Positions 12,801-23,290 of a stretch of 64,000 nucleotides of DNA are shown piece by piece; position 1 is the stretch's first letter, and each line of letters begins with the position of its first letter. Made by a program: the position numbers and the translations under genes. Under the pieces are notes generated by a model. That model was not told where the DNA came from and ran no database searches. It worked only from the letters and a program-made list of their open reading frames with translations. Origin of the DNA: Phoronis australis (lineage: Eukaryota; Animalia; Phoronida); contig NMRA01000138.1 of assembly GCA_002633005.1 (NCBI GenBank), forward strand, positions 650,684-714,683, given 5' to 3'.

Positions 12801-15800
12801 CTTCGTGAAGGTTCTCTTCTGAAAGTAAATAACACTGGATGTAATGACCAGCAAATTAATATTTGAACAGAGAGCATGGTTAAGTGGAGCAAGACTTGTT
12901 CTTCACAACAGTTTTTTGCACAAACTCAATATTAGCCTGGCCCGACATATGTGAATGAAACATTGGTTCGCAAGAGGTGAGCACTGACAGACTCTCCATC
13001 AATTTATTTTTCTGAAAATATATGCAGTCAGCGAAAAATGAACAGTTGGACACTAACAAGCTGAAAGGGGTGACCATTCTGGTTGCCAGTAATGATAAAG
13101 TACTATGATTACTGCCACCTATTGGCAACTAAAGTGCAAGCTCAAACTGACATAATAACGTGCTAATCTGAGATTACTGAACAACCAGGTGATAAGGGCC
13201 TTCGCTCAAATAACGGGAAATGCCTTCTGATAGGGCAAAAGGGTAAAATTTTCCTGCGGTCACCACCAATTCCACACCCCACTGATCATTGGCAAGTGCC
13301 TAATGATATCAAACATAACCTCTTTGTACCTACCCTGAGTACACCTTGTAGTTTTACATGGGCACGTACATGTATAAGTAGTAGGATCCTTAAGTAAAGA
13401 ACCAAGGATTCCCATAACTGCCTTTCTTGCTCTATACTATGTTAATCACCCTGGCACTTGCAATAAACAAACCCAAATCCTGTTCTCCACACCGTGGCTG
13501 TAACAAATGGCTGAGAATGTTGAATTCTGCAGTTAATAATACCTTCTGATGTCGAGTGTTAGTCTGAGTTCAAACTGAAAGTAATCTCGAGGAGAATTTT
13601 AGGGTCTCGTGAGGGGAATTTTTCGAAGTTGAAATATTTTGAGAGGGAATGAGGATGACATTTGACCCCAAAATTGAAGCACTGACGATGAAAAGTAACA
13701 TTTCTTCAACATAGGTTTTGTTGACACTAAAAAGATACATAATCTAAAAGAATCCCTCACTTCTTTCCTGAAGACGGGCCAACAGGAGGGAAGTCTTCAA
13801 TGTTGTTCAGGTTCAGGACAGGTGGCGACTCTGTGCGCGACTTCAGCTTGTTGTGAGCATTCTTACCCTTCCCACCAGATCTACGCCCCATCTGTGGTGA
13901 AGGAGAGTTGTCTCCAAAGTGATCTCTTCTGGAGTTTGTGGAAAATGGACTCTTCTTTTTGTATTGCATATTATCCGGTGTGACAAAGTAGTCAGACAGC
14001 GAATGCTTGTACTGTAATCTGCTGTGTTCAGGTGTGCTAGAGTGCATGAAGCGTTGACTGCTCTTCTCAGAGACATTGTGAGGTGGACTAGACTTGTTGA
14101 ACGTTCCACTAGATGGTGAATCAGATGGCATACACTTTCCTGCTAATGGACTCACTTCCAAATCATTTGTGGACGAGTTGACAGGAGACCGAAATAACTG
14201 AACTCGCTTTGACGTATTTGATGGAGTTTTTCTTTCCTTCTTGACCTGTTCATTTTTCTTAGACAATGAGTTCTGACGTGAGAGTTTAATACCGGTAGGT
14301 GTTTTGGAGGGCGATATCAGACTTGACTTGCTACAGTGAACTAAATGGAGAGTCTCATCACGCAAGTAGTTGAGAAATGATGGCACAAAATCATATCTCA
14401 CTTTCCCCAAACCGTTCAGCTCTTCAGAAATGTTGGCCTGAAAAGATCATTAAAGGTCTATCATAATCATCCATTTCAATGTCAGTAATGCTATTTAAAG
14501 ACTGAACAAAACATAGTAGATTAATAAACAGTTAAATTTTTAAAATGGATGACTTCTCTATTTGCAACCACAATTCTGGCAATCTCGTTAAGAATGGCAT
14601 AGGGTTCCATTAGTAAATTCATAACAAAAAGTTCACCATTTACAGTAAGTCCTATGCGGCACCATCTTTGAAAACAGCCTTTGACAGTGAAAATTCCAAG
14701 GTCAACTTCCAAAAGTTCCAGGTCAAAACCAGGAAATCTAGCTAAAAAGCAGTTCCTAAATTAAATTGCCGCTATGGGCACCGTGTTATAAACTATTGCC
14801 TCCCACAGGCCCTCCGTCGGCAAATCAGGGCTCGACAAAAGCCGAGCACACACTCGTAATACAAATAAAAAAAGTAAAATACGAGTACAAAATAGACCTC
14901 ACTCGTAATATTTGAATGGATGTGGAATGTACCTCAGCGGGGTTTTTTTTCGAAACAAGTATTTAACCGTCTTAACCGTCAAATTGAATTTCGTTCAAGT
15001 TTCAGATGCAAACAGCTTGCACCGCATGTGTGCCATCTTGTTTATTGAATTAAACATGTACCAAATCCTTTTGAACGCGGGAAATAACAAGTTGAAATAG
15101 CAGAGGAAGCAGACGAATGGCAAGTTGAAAAATGCTCATTTGAAGCAGCGATGTAGATTAAATAGAACTAAAAAGTCCTAAATTTAGTTTAATTGCTTCT
15201 TGTCAGGAAATCATTAGGACTTCTAAAAATGTACTTTTGGAAACGTCAAGTTGTGGGGTGTCGATCGGGGAACACACTTTTGTGAGCCAAGTGAGTAGCC
15301 TTCTATTGACCTAATTGTCTCTACGTTGACGCCATTTGAAAGCCCAGGAAAATACGTTTTATTACATTGTCTATGAGTAAGCTTTTCCAAAAATATCCCA
15401 GCGTATAAATGAAAGTGTAAAATACGCTAAAAAGGTGGCGAAAATGGGTACACAGTTGCTACAGGAAAATGACGTTGATGGTTTACTCAGAGTGAGGCAT
15501 AACTCGTTGAAATGCATCTAGCGTATGGAGGGGCTACGGGATGGCCACAGTCTCTACTGGAGCCAGTCAAACTGTCTAGTTTGAAGCTAGACAGCATCAC
15601 CATCTTAACCTATCTCATAGGCAATTACTGGTTCATCACGGAAGGTTACTCATCCAATAATTCTGTACTTGACCATGAACGGACTCATGTGCCCCACAGA
15701 TGCATCTACAGGAGTTGCGATGCATCCGGCTTTTGAGAAAATTTTTTGTGTTTTGATCGCGAATTTATTGCGAACTCACTAGAGCAGGACGCTGTTAATA

Positions 15801-17123
15801 CTATCACGAGAAAGAACACTTGCTCACAGTTTCTTGAATCCGTGTTTTGTGAACCTTTGTGTAAACTTATTGAGATTCGTGCTTGATATGGACGGTTAAA
15901 GTGAAGCACCCGTGGACTTCCTATTCCAAGTGTCAAACCTTTTAGCATTATATATAGCGTATTGGGGACGACCAGAAGCTAAGGACGACTGTGCAAGAGA
16001 GTAGCACTAGTTTGTGACCAGTAGTTGGTACAGGGGCAGTGCTGCTGTGCGAGAATTTGGAATCCTGTTTAATCTCAAGATCCAGTGTGCGTGAACTTGG
16101 AATTGAATATTCAATTTGGGAAATCAGGTGAAATTTTTTGTACAGTATAAAGAATTTTATTGTATCTTGTGTCGAAAAGAATTGGGGGGAAATGTGAAAG
16201 GTTATATCATTTCTTTGGTGCATAAATTTGATATTGCAAATAGTTGAAAAATGATTTTTAAAATTTTAACTATTTTATTAACACATATTTTGATTTAGTG
16301 CAGTGCAAACTTTTATCAACGTCAACATGATTATTTGAGTGAACTTGTCAAGTTCACGCATATGCCATCTTGAGATTAAGAAAGATTCCAAGCTCACATG
16401 CAGCAGTCAGCAGTGCTGTGGAAACGAGTTCGAACCGAGCGTGGCTGTGAATGAGTCTATCTCTATCTCTCTTTAAGCACTTCACACTCGAAGTTGAGGA
16501 TTCTGAAGTGGTGAACGAAGTAAGCTATGCCTATGAAGGAAGTACTCTCGGAGGATAGATTTCTTTTTTCGATGAACATGGAGAACATTGCACTTCGATA
16601 CACTGATTCCCAAGTTGGTTGATATCCTGTTGGAGTGAGATGCAGTATGCTTGGTTCCTGATGGAGCAGCAACGTATACAGTCATCTGCAAAGAGGCGGA
16701 TGTTGGAAGAAATGTTTTGAGGCAGGTCATCGATAACGAGGAGTGGAGAAAGAGGATTGGTCCAAGGGCAAGGACAGACCGCTGAGGAACCCCAGAGAGT
16801 ACAGGGGAGGTGTCGGATGACTCAACCTCTACCACAACACACTGAGTTCTGTTGTTAAGAAAGGAGGAAATCCAATTCTTTGTGAGGCCACGAACCCCCA
16901 GGACAAGCCAAGGCCCAAGGCCAGGGTTAGGGAAATCAACAGAGTGGGGTACCTTTGCCAGACAATTTTTCATAATTTTGTTTATGCGCTTTTGTCCGCA
17001 AAAGGGTTCGCCTTCCATCATATTAAAGAGCCCTATTACCTCATCTTTTTCTATCCTCAACCAGGCAATAACTTCATGCACCAGTACAGATTCATTGAGA
17101 ACAAGTTCAAGGATGGCGGCCAT
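664..17123 (-). CDS. CDAN1: Codanin-1 (discs lost homologue), 5' part of the gene: 15 exons in the window, continuing beyond position 1
   Basis: Manually spliced exons join in frame with matching phases: 17123-17040, 14437-13761, 12818-12702, 11446-11259, (gap)11085-10919, 10366-10246, 9159-9047, 8163-7998, 7189-7092, 3708-3549, 2577-2386, 2121-1955, 1533-1452, 1216-1139, 846-664. The peptides carry codanin-1 motifs as recalled from the human protein: [99 protein letters not shown]. Confidence 0.95.
1139..1216 (-). CDS. CDAN1: CDAN1 exon 14 ([26 protein letters not shown])
   Basis: Acceptor ttttgcag|ACT, donor TTG|gtatgt; PEELFF motif. Confidence 0.9.
1452..1533 (-). CDS. CDAN1: CDAN1 exon 13 ([27 protein letters not shown])
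   Basis: Acceptor tttcag|A, donor CAG|gtaaaa; LGWLFQ motif. Confidence 0.92.
1955..2121 (-). CDS. CDAN1: CDAN1 exon 12 ([10 protein letters not shown]...[14 protein letters not shown]...QIYR)
   Basis: Acceptor cttgtag|AGT, donor AG|gtaaga. Confidence 0.94.
2386..2577 (-). CDS. CDAN1: CDAN1 exon 11 (LNDTQFV...[16 protein letters not shown]...IRDK)
   Basis: Acceptor tttcag|TTA, donor AAG|gtatgt, 192 nt. Confidence 0.94.
3549..3708 (-). CDS. CDAN1: CDAN1 exon 10 ([31 protein letters not shown]...KIME)
   Basis: Acceptor ttccag|A, donor GAG|gtattt. Confidence 0.94.
4346..4429. repeat. 84-nt imperfect hairpin in a CDAN1 intron
   Basis: tctgatctttgcc...aattgtagacataccaca...tgtggtatatctacaatt...ggcaaagatcaga, arms of about 41 bp. 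Confidence 0.85.
5102..6946. mobile_element. Non-autonomous hAT-like DNA transposon with a 5-bp TSD
   Basis: 13-bp perfect TIR cagtgttctccac (5102) / gtggagaacactg (6934-6946); CCTAG flanks both ends (5097-5101, 6947-6951); subterminal aaacaggacgc repeats at 6820-6912; GC/CpG-richer than the surrounding intron. Confidence 0.85.
7092..7189 (-). CDS. CDAN1: CDAN1 exon 9 ([33 protein letters not shown])
   Basis: Acceptor ctttag|ATG, donor AA|gtgagt, phase 0/2. Confidence 0.88.
7406..7502. repeat. Tandem duplication, about 48 bp x2
   Basis: tgacaggtaa.att.atgtaatgtttctggaca.aa.tggtgtgtttg occurs twice. Confidence 0.85.
7998..8163 (-). CDS. CDAN1: CDAN1 exon 8 ([19 protein letters not shown]...RLFQAQLIS)
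   Basis: Acceptor ttgtag|A, donor TCG|gtatgt. Confidence 0.94.
8225..8794. mobile_element. PIF/Harbinger-like MITE
   Basis: About 40-bp TIR gggctgttccagtaaaatccgtatgggagggggggaaggca / tgccttcccccctcccacacagattttgctggaacagccc; TAA on both sides (8222-8224, 8795-8797). Confidence 0.85.
9047..9159 (-). CDS. CDAN1: CDAN1 exon 7 ([38 protein letters not shown])
   Basis: Acceptor ttcatag|CAT, donor AG|gtatta; highly conserved motif. Confidence 0.94.
9853..10189. mobile_element. Decayed MITE with imperfect TIRs enclosing a GA microsatellite (10070-10143)
   Basis: gggctctgtttcataagaagtgactcaagact versus the reverse complement of agtctgaagtcacttttcatgaaacacacccc. Confidence 0.55.
10246..10366 (-). 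CDS. CDAN1: CDAN1 exon 6 ([23 protein letters not shown]...ACLK)
   Basis: Acceptor tttcag|G, donor AAG|gtgagt; LDKGTLxLL motif. Confidence 0.92.
10919..11085 (-). CDS. CDAN1: CDAN1 exon 5, 5' end lost in the N gap ([14 protein letters not shown]...TVLQKQLR)
   Basis: [10 protein letters not shown] motif; the acceptor falls in gap 11086-11160; ends at a non-canonical donor AG|gcaagt. Confidence 0.85.
11259..11446 (-). CDS. CDAN1: CDAN1 exon 4 ([11 protein letters not shown]...[14 protein letters not shown])
   Basis: Acceptor gtcatag|G, donor G|gtaatg, phase 2/1. Confidence 0.9.
12702..12818 (-). CDS. CDAN1: CDAN1 exon 3 ([17 protein letters not shown]...DDIKLLK)
   Basis: Acceptor tttcag|A, donor AA|gtaatg, phase 2/2. 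Confidence 0.9.
13761..14437 (-). CDS. CDAN1: CDAN1 exon 2 ([29 protein letters not shown]..., Ser/Pro-rich, [11 protein letters not shown])
   Basis: Acceptor ttttcag|GCC, donor AA|gtgagg; contains ORF 13757..14410; FVPxFLNYLR and EDFPPVG motifs. Confidence 0.92.
14826..14912 (+). mobile_element. Probable left end of a hAT-like element (right end not found)
   Basis: cagggctcgaca start resembles cagggcttgaca at 27452; repeated subterminal actcgta/tacgagt motifs. Confidence 0.35.
16482..16965 (-). mobile_element. Degenerate non-LTR retrotransposon (CR1/L2-type) reverse transcriptase fragment
   Basis: Translates to KVPH...[23 protein letters not shown]...[17 protein letters not shown]; a shifted frame gives [19 protein letters not shown] (FADD at 16692-16681); then [11 protein letters not shown]. 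Frameshifted and internally deleted. Confidence 0.92.
17040..17123 (-). CDS. CDAN1: CDAN1 exon 1 ([28 protein letters not shown])
   Basis: ATG in aaaATGG context, 84 nt, donor GAG|gtaata, phase 0 into the next exon. Confidence 0.88.
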
Positions 17124-17127
17124 TTTT
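17116..17127 (-). promoter_or_regulatory. YY1-like motif (AAAATGGCCGCC) overlapping the CDAN1 start codon
   Basis: Direct motif match; it also doubles as a strong start-codon context. Confidence 0.4.
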
Positions 17128-20100
17128 CAAACTACAAGTGAAGACGAGACTTGTTTCCGTGAGAAAGCGCTACCTGGCGGAAGAAAGACAAAACGTCATG
17201 CTCTAGGCAAATAAATCGAGTGATCCAAATGACTGAAGTTATATATTGTATTGGGTTGAAATCACGTGCTAAACAAAATCTATCTCAATGTTAAGTAGGA
17301 CATTATCGGCAAGTTTGTACATTTCGCTTAAAGTCCTACAAAACTATAGAATTTTAGTCTGCAAAAGTATACGACCAACTTTCATATGATGTTACAAAAA
17401 AGTTCTGTTGATAGCCCCTCATGCCGACGTGAAATACTTTATTCCTAACAGCGTTTTTAGAACCGACTATGCAACGTAGCATCAAAAAGTTACATGTGAA
17501 TCTGATCACCCATTTCTGAGATGTGATGTTCCAAAGTTGGCCAAAATTGGACATTTTCTAGGATCCTACATAACCTAAGCGGCTGTATAACTAAAATTCT
17601 TCTTGCCCCTTTTAATCGACGCATTTTAAAGATACTAGGCTCTCCGCCTCATTTTAGTTAAAAAGTCATGAGTTAAAAAGGAAACCAAACCAGGTTTTGG
17701 CCTGATAACAGATACTACAACGACTCTCCAATCCAATTCTCTGAATCCAAGCCTCGGAATTTTGACGAAATTTCCAAGAGGTTTTGCCCATGTCATAAAC
17801 CTGAGACGAGTGTAGGGTTCTCTATTTCTTACAAGATAAGCTTAAGAGTAAAATATCGACAATAAATCAGTCGCTCTTTACATGAACATGCAAATCGGAA
17901 CTCTTTGCTGAAAATAACCTTGACATGCTGGACCATGATATCAAAAACTAAAGGCACACAAATTCTCATAAGACTGCCGGTTGTTAATACTTTTTCAAAT
18001 CCATAATTCACATCATAAAATTTTCAGGAAATTCCCAAAGCGATACATGTAATCGGATGGGTGCACAGGAGACCACGAGAGATGAAGTATCCCATGGAGG
18101 GGTTGAGGGCCTTCCCCCAACAAAATTTTGGAATTTGTTTGTGTTAACTTAACTTCTAGTTCATCATAGTGGTAGCTGGTCCTGGTTTATGAGTAACTTA
18201 AAATTGCACTACAAAACTTACAGAAGTGCTCGTTTGCGATTGCCAGTACATACACTTTGAACACTTTAACATGTAATGTGCACTGTACACGTTCATCAAG
18301 AAATCTTACTCCAGACAGTCTGATCACCGGACAATGATTTTCATACGAACGACTCTCCACTGATAATGCAAAGACCTCAAATGAAATACTATTGTTGAAG
18401 ACTTTTGGGAAAAAGTGCCAGTACTTCTATCGTTATGAAACGCTCTAGAGTATTGTCTTTGTGTAACTCATGAATAATTTTACAAGTTGTTCTATCTTTC
18501 GACTCCACTCAATGTTAATTTTTGTTTTTCGGAAGACTCACGTTTTTGGTTGCTTGAGTCATTGATGCTGCTGTGGCTCGCATGAATAGTTATATGGTTT
18601 GCAAGACGAATTTGAAAAAATTCCACGTCTCCGAGAAAATAGTTGACTGTATTGGATTTATAAGATACCCCAGCCCCCCATACAAGAGAGGACCCCGTCT
18701 GCGAGGGTGTCCCTTACTAAAATACGTGCTACCCAAATACTCCATTATGGAAAATGTTACTTAAATTTTCTCTCTTCCAGTCGCTGGGTCTTTCTTTTCG
18801 CATTTTTCTCTCAAAACCGTCAACTGAAAACTGAACTGAAGAATATGATAAAGCCATCATTTTTGCCGGGGATATCATTCGCTGGTGATGTCTATTTAGT
18901 TTTGACGGTATAAACTAATTACGAGTCTAGCACGGAACCTTTGGAAACCCGTTTGGGAACCAATTTTACAGATGATTATTTTCAAACTTGGGGCGTGAGT
19001 AGGGGCGAAATCATTGAAAAGCTAGTATGATTGCACCTTCAGTCAAACTTTAAACGACTGACGGTCAAGGAAATTCTAAGTCTCTTTAAGTCTCAAAATC
19101 CCTTCTGATCTTAATTTGAAAACAATTTACAACGGTAATAGGTCAAAATCAAACGTTAGCTTTTTGACACAAGACGGGTTCATAGTGGAGGTTTAATAGC
19201 TTTTAAAGATCTTTCTGATTCAAGTTGAATCAAAAACGTTATTAAATGAATTTTAACGCAAGTTCGTTCAGTTGAAGCCTATAGCCCGGATAGGGCTCAT
19301 TCTACACAACTCCAAATATTTAAATATTTTCAAACTTTACTGAAGTAATATGAATTCTGTAATTAAATTTTTATTTTTGGTAATGCTCCACCACCTGAAA
19401 TGGTCGCTTTAGTGAGTGACAATAGGTGACCACTCAGCTGCCGCAATATGTAATGAGTTTTCATTGAAAACGCGCTCACATTTGAAAAAAAAAAATGATA
19501 ATAAAAAATAAGGCAAACATAAACAGGGGTGAAAATTAGGAAATGTTTATATTTTAGTGACATCTTTCGACTGACGAAACTTATCCTGTGTTCTAAGTGA
19601 ATTTAAAGGAACACGCATCTTTAATATATCTGCATGATCAGTATAATTTCATATGTTTGGTTTGCACTTTCCATTGAATTTTCATGAGTATGAAATACAT
19701 ATTATGTGTATAGATTACAGGTATAAAAGGGGATATATAGTATAGCTACAATGTTGCTGTCATGTTTAATCTTGGTAACAATTATATCGCTTTCAAGCAA
19801 ATAAAATCTATTCCACTTAAAAGTAGTCCAAGAATACATTTTACTTCTTTTAAAGTGATGTAGTCGAAGAAGTTGAAGCATCATTCACTAAAATGTTCAA
19901 AATTTATAACAGAATAAGATGTAGCTAGATCAGTTGTTCATAAAATTAACATCAAGTGAATGTTTTCCCTTTTGCCATGCCACTTGCCCTCAACATTCTC
20001 GGCTAATGAATTATGTGACCCTCGGTGAAGTGTATGTAAAACAATAATGGAATAATAAATTGATGGTAACTATAATTGACTTGAGATGAACGCAACGCGA

Positions 20101-20181
20101 CTTATGAAGGCTATCTGGAACGCTCCTAGCGCCATCTATACCTGAAATTTAAACTCTTATTACTATCAACATGACACTCTT

Positions 20182-20325
20182 ACGGGAGCATTTGTTCGAG
20201 TTGGAAGGAGTTAAAGACAATGGCGGCCTCCTAAGGTATCCCTCTATGAGCAAAAGGTACTTATAACAGCGTGACTTGACGTTTTAATCGGGTGAGGTAT
20301 AATTCGCCGGAAATCTTCCGGCGTA
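20182..20325. mobile_element. Older diverged fragment of the TIR family found at 25647-26562
   Basis: acgggagcatttgttcgagttggaagg...cctcctaaggt...gcaaaaggtacttataaca...ataattcgccggaaatcttccggcgta aligns with 26353-26498. Confidence 0.8.
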
Positions 20326-20553
20326 TGACGCAGCCGCCCAAGTTCACCGTGTCTATTGGAACTAGCTAGAGACGGTGATCATTTTCTATCGGGTCACAAT
20401 CCTGGTTTGCTAGCTAATTTTTTCCGGTATACAATTATAGATTTCAGGTATTGTGTCTAATGAAGGCAGTATTTTTGGTAGTAGTTAACCCCTAAAAACA
20501 GCCGCGTGAGCATCATTTATAATTATCGGGTTACAGAGCGGGTTTAGTACTTT

Positions 20554-20680
20554 GGCCCAATGATGACATCGCGCGTTTCTTTTTTAATTATCTCAGGATC
20601 TCGAGATCCCGATATCATTAAGTCGGATATCGAGTTCCTGAGTTAATTAAAACAGAAATGCGCGATGTCATCGTCGGGCC
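20554..20680. repeat. 127-bp palindrome (arms of about 56 bp), probable miniature foldback/MITE
   Basis: ggcccaatgatgacatcgcgcgtttct...ctcaggatctcga pairs with tcgagttcctgag...agaaatgcgcgatgtcatcgtcgggcc. Confidence 0.85.
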
Positions 20681-21607
20681 ACCGTAGTTTAGTCGTATAA
20701 GAAAGCGAGTTTCCCACACTTAGGCATTTGAGATCCAAGGAAACCAGGAATATGAAGTTAAATTCGATGTTGAATTGATAAATGAAATATTAGTAATTGA
20801 TATTTCAGGGTGCAATTAAAATTAAATTAAGAAAATTGAAATAGTGACCAGTGTTCAAATGTTTCATTTTCCAATCTAAATTGAAACTAGGAACATTTAG
20901 TAAAAGTTCCCAACACTGCTGCGATCGTTTGTTAAACAGCTTATTAAAATACGTCTAACAATTATTGACGGTGCTGTCCACGATAATCGCAGGGAGCTAC
21001 AAATCGGTACGTTAATACGTCTGCCTAGGTTAACGCCGGCCCAGAACAAACAGACGTTCCGTAGGGTGATCAAACTTCCTTCAGCCATGGGCGCCAATGT
21101 CTAAAACCATTCAACTAATCAAATTTATTTATTTTTTATAATTGCAGCGTTGTAATTGGTTGCAAAATTGTTTAGTAGCAACATTAATATTGGATAGTGG
21201 TCTGTATATTGTTATCGGTCGGTATATTGTTATTTCATTCCATTAGAACCTGGAATTATGTTTTGAACATCATAGTTTTCACCAAGTTACAGGTTTACTG
21301 TAACGGTATCGCAAATTAAGAGTTTGAATGAACTGGAACTTGAACAATACGAGTACCAGTTTCCAGTTCTAAGATTCAATTCAAAACTGAATTACGAATT
21401 TCCCAAACTTTAGGTAATCGATAATATTGTTTACTTACTCGGGTAGGTCTATCTCATTTGACTTTTGCTAGAATTAAAACATGATTACGTACTATCCTAA
21501 TCATATACTTTAAACTGAATAATTTACTTTCAAATAAGTTAGATCTGTAAGCATAAAAGGCAAATTTTCAATGTACATGAATAAAAAACCAATAACCCAA
21601 AAGACAA

Positions 21608-23278
21608 TCACCCCAATAAAGTGATAAACATAAAAATAATAAAACCCCAACAAATCGTAGTTAGCGTTGGTCGCACTCCCGAGTTCCAGAACTCCAAAAA
21701 CTCCAGGCGGTCTTTAATCACATGATATATGTCGTGGCCGGGAAGACCTGGACACGGAAAAATCGAACAGTCTTCAATCTGCTGAAAGTTCCTCTCGTCT
21801 CGCTCGTTTAAACAAAGCTCTTTAATGAGACATTTTCTATCGCGCATGCGTGTGCCAACACCGCACGATTTTGTGCATGGAGACCAAAACGACCAAGGTT
21901 TCCATCCGTCAAACTTGGTGCAGTCAAGGTCACACGCTCGATCCTCCGTGAGTGGCTCGGGTACATCGCATTTCTGCAGTTTTGGGTACTTAAGATCACT
22001 ACACTCCTTCCGTCTTTGAGCAGAAGCCTCATCCTGTCGAGTTTGGCAAAAACAGTCTGACCATGGTGACCAACTGGATTTCATGTGGCAAATGGTTGAG
22101 TTGCATTCAATTTCTTCGTTTCGCAGAGACGAAAGAGGCGTAAGACAGATGACGCCTTCTTGGGTAATGTCGCATTTCTCAACCCGCTTCTTCATCGGCA
22201 TGTTATTCTCGCATTTGCATTCCGACCAATCCGACCAGCTCGGGACTATGACACATTTATATTCAAGTTCGCACTTTTCGATTTCTTCTGCGACTGATGG
22301 TAACTGACAAGAGTACTTATCTGGGTGGACTTGAGAAGAAGGACAATGTAACTTCCGTTTCCGTCTACCACGCCGGTCGTTGCACTGACAGGTTGTCCAT
22401 GTCGTCCATGAGGGTTTATCTGGACATAGTTGCAGCTCTTCACAACCCTTGATCTCTTTGCTGTCTCCAGGACATTTCTTGCCAGTTTTTCCCAACGGCG
22501 TCGGGTTATTGCAAAGACGCTGCCTTGATGAGTCAGCCCCGATGCATGCTTTACAGTCCGGGTTGCTCCAAGCCATCCACGCACCCCATGCCCCATCCCT
22601 AAAAATGTCTACGTAAATGTAGTCTCCGCAAACATCAGCCTTTGTTCCTCCGCGACCAAAGAACCACAATCCGTCCCAGTCGTCATAGTTTTGGACTATA
22701 CCTATGTCGTATATGGTAGACAATTCTTTCTTTTTAAAATGTGAAAGTTCCGAGTGGGCGTTCCAGTGAATTCTCTTTGCCTTGCTAGGGTGTTTAGGGC
22801 CAATGGTTGCCGTTCCATCGAGAGAGCGCATCTGTTGGTGCTGCAAAGTAACAGTTAAGCGCTGGCCAACTTCAATTGGGAGAATTCGACCATTAACATT
22901 ACCTGAGCTAATTCTGCAATTTCTGTTGAACAAGCGATATTCACACTGGGGTGACGTTGAATTCCACAGTCCTCCCCGACATTTAATGATTAGTAGGGGA
23001 TATTTTTCCCGGAAATTCGGTTCTACGTATGGGATAGAACGCCACATGTATTTGTCGCGGATGGCGCCTTTGAATGTATAAGCCCAGTTACAACCCAAAG
23101 CTGCTGTGGCCGTTCCATCCTCATAAACACGATATGACTTAGGTTCCACGTAGCCATTCACGGGGACAGGTACAGAGCCATCTGAACAGTCCGATCGACC
23201 GATTTTAATGCAATCCGTTGACCGAAGGGCACAAAAGATCGCCAGAAAAATTCTCGATATCATGACCGTAACAAGCAT
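21608..23278 (-). CDS. Intronless 556-aa cell-surface protein: signal peptide, sushi/CCP-like module, unassigned domain, five thrombospondin type-1 repeats, hydrophobic C-terminus (probable GPI signal)
   Basis: Uninterrupted 1671-nt ORF; hydrophobic N-terminus (MLVTVMISRIFLAIFCAL); C..PVPVNG...GC...YTFKG...IKCRGGLWNSTSPQC sushi pattern; WxxWxxC...RxRxC repeats (GAWGAWMAWS, SWTTWTTC, SWSDWSEC, SWSPWSDC, WKPWSFWSPCTKSCGVGTRMRDRKC); ends NSG...TLTTICWGFIIFMFITLLG-stop. Confidence 0.93.
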   Translation of the reverse strand: MLVTVMISRIFLAIFCALRSTDCIKIGRSDCSDGSVPVPVNGYVEPKSYRVYEDGTATAALGCNWAYTFKGAIRDKYMWRSIPYVEPNFREKYPLLIIKCRGGLWNSTSPQCEYRLFNRNCRISSGNVNGRILPIEVGQRLTVTLQHQQMRSLDGTATIGPKHPSKAKRIHWNAHSELSHFKKKELSTIYDIGIVQNYDDWDGLWFFGRGGTKADVCGDYIYVDIFRDGAWGAWMAWSNPDCKACIGADSSRQRLCNNPTPLGKTGKKCPGDSKEIKGCEELQLCPDKPSWTTWTTCQCNDRRGRRKRKLHCPSSQVHPDKYSCQLPSVAEEIEKCELEYKCVIVPSWSDWSECKCENNMPMKKRVEKCDITQEGVICLTPLSSLRNEEIECNSTICHMKSSWSPWSDCFCQTRQDEASAQRRKECSDLKYPKLQKCDVPEPLTEDRACDLDCTKFDGWKPWSFWSPCTKSCGVGTRMRDRKCLIKELCLNERDERNFQQIEDCSIFPCPGLPGHDIYHVIKDRLEFLEFWNSGVRPTLTTICWGFIIFMFITLLG

Positions 23279-23290
23279 TCACCCGACATG

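Noticed and set aside
16482-17123. 213-aa ORF as a stand-alone functional reverse transcriptase gene
   Set aside because: The first 28 codons are CDAN1 exon 1; the RT part is deleted, frameshifted and lacks an in-frame FADD motif. Kept only as a possible read-through isoform.
21808-23081. Overlapping alternative-frame and antisense ORFs inside the TSP1 gene
   Set aside because: Shadow ORFs of a GC-richer coding region with no recognisable motifs.
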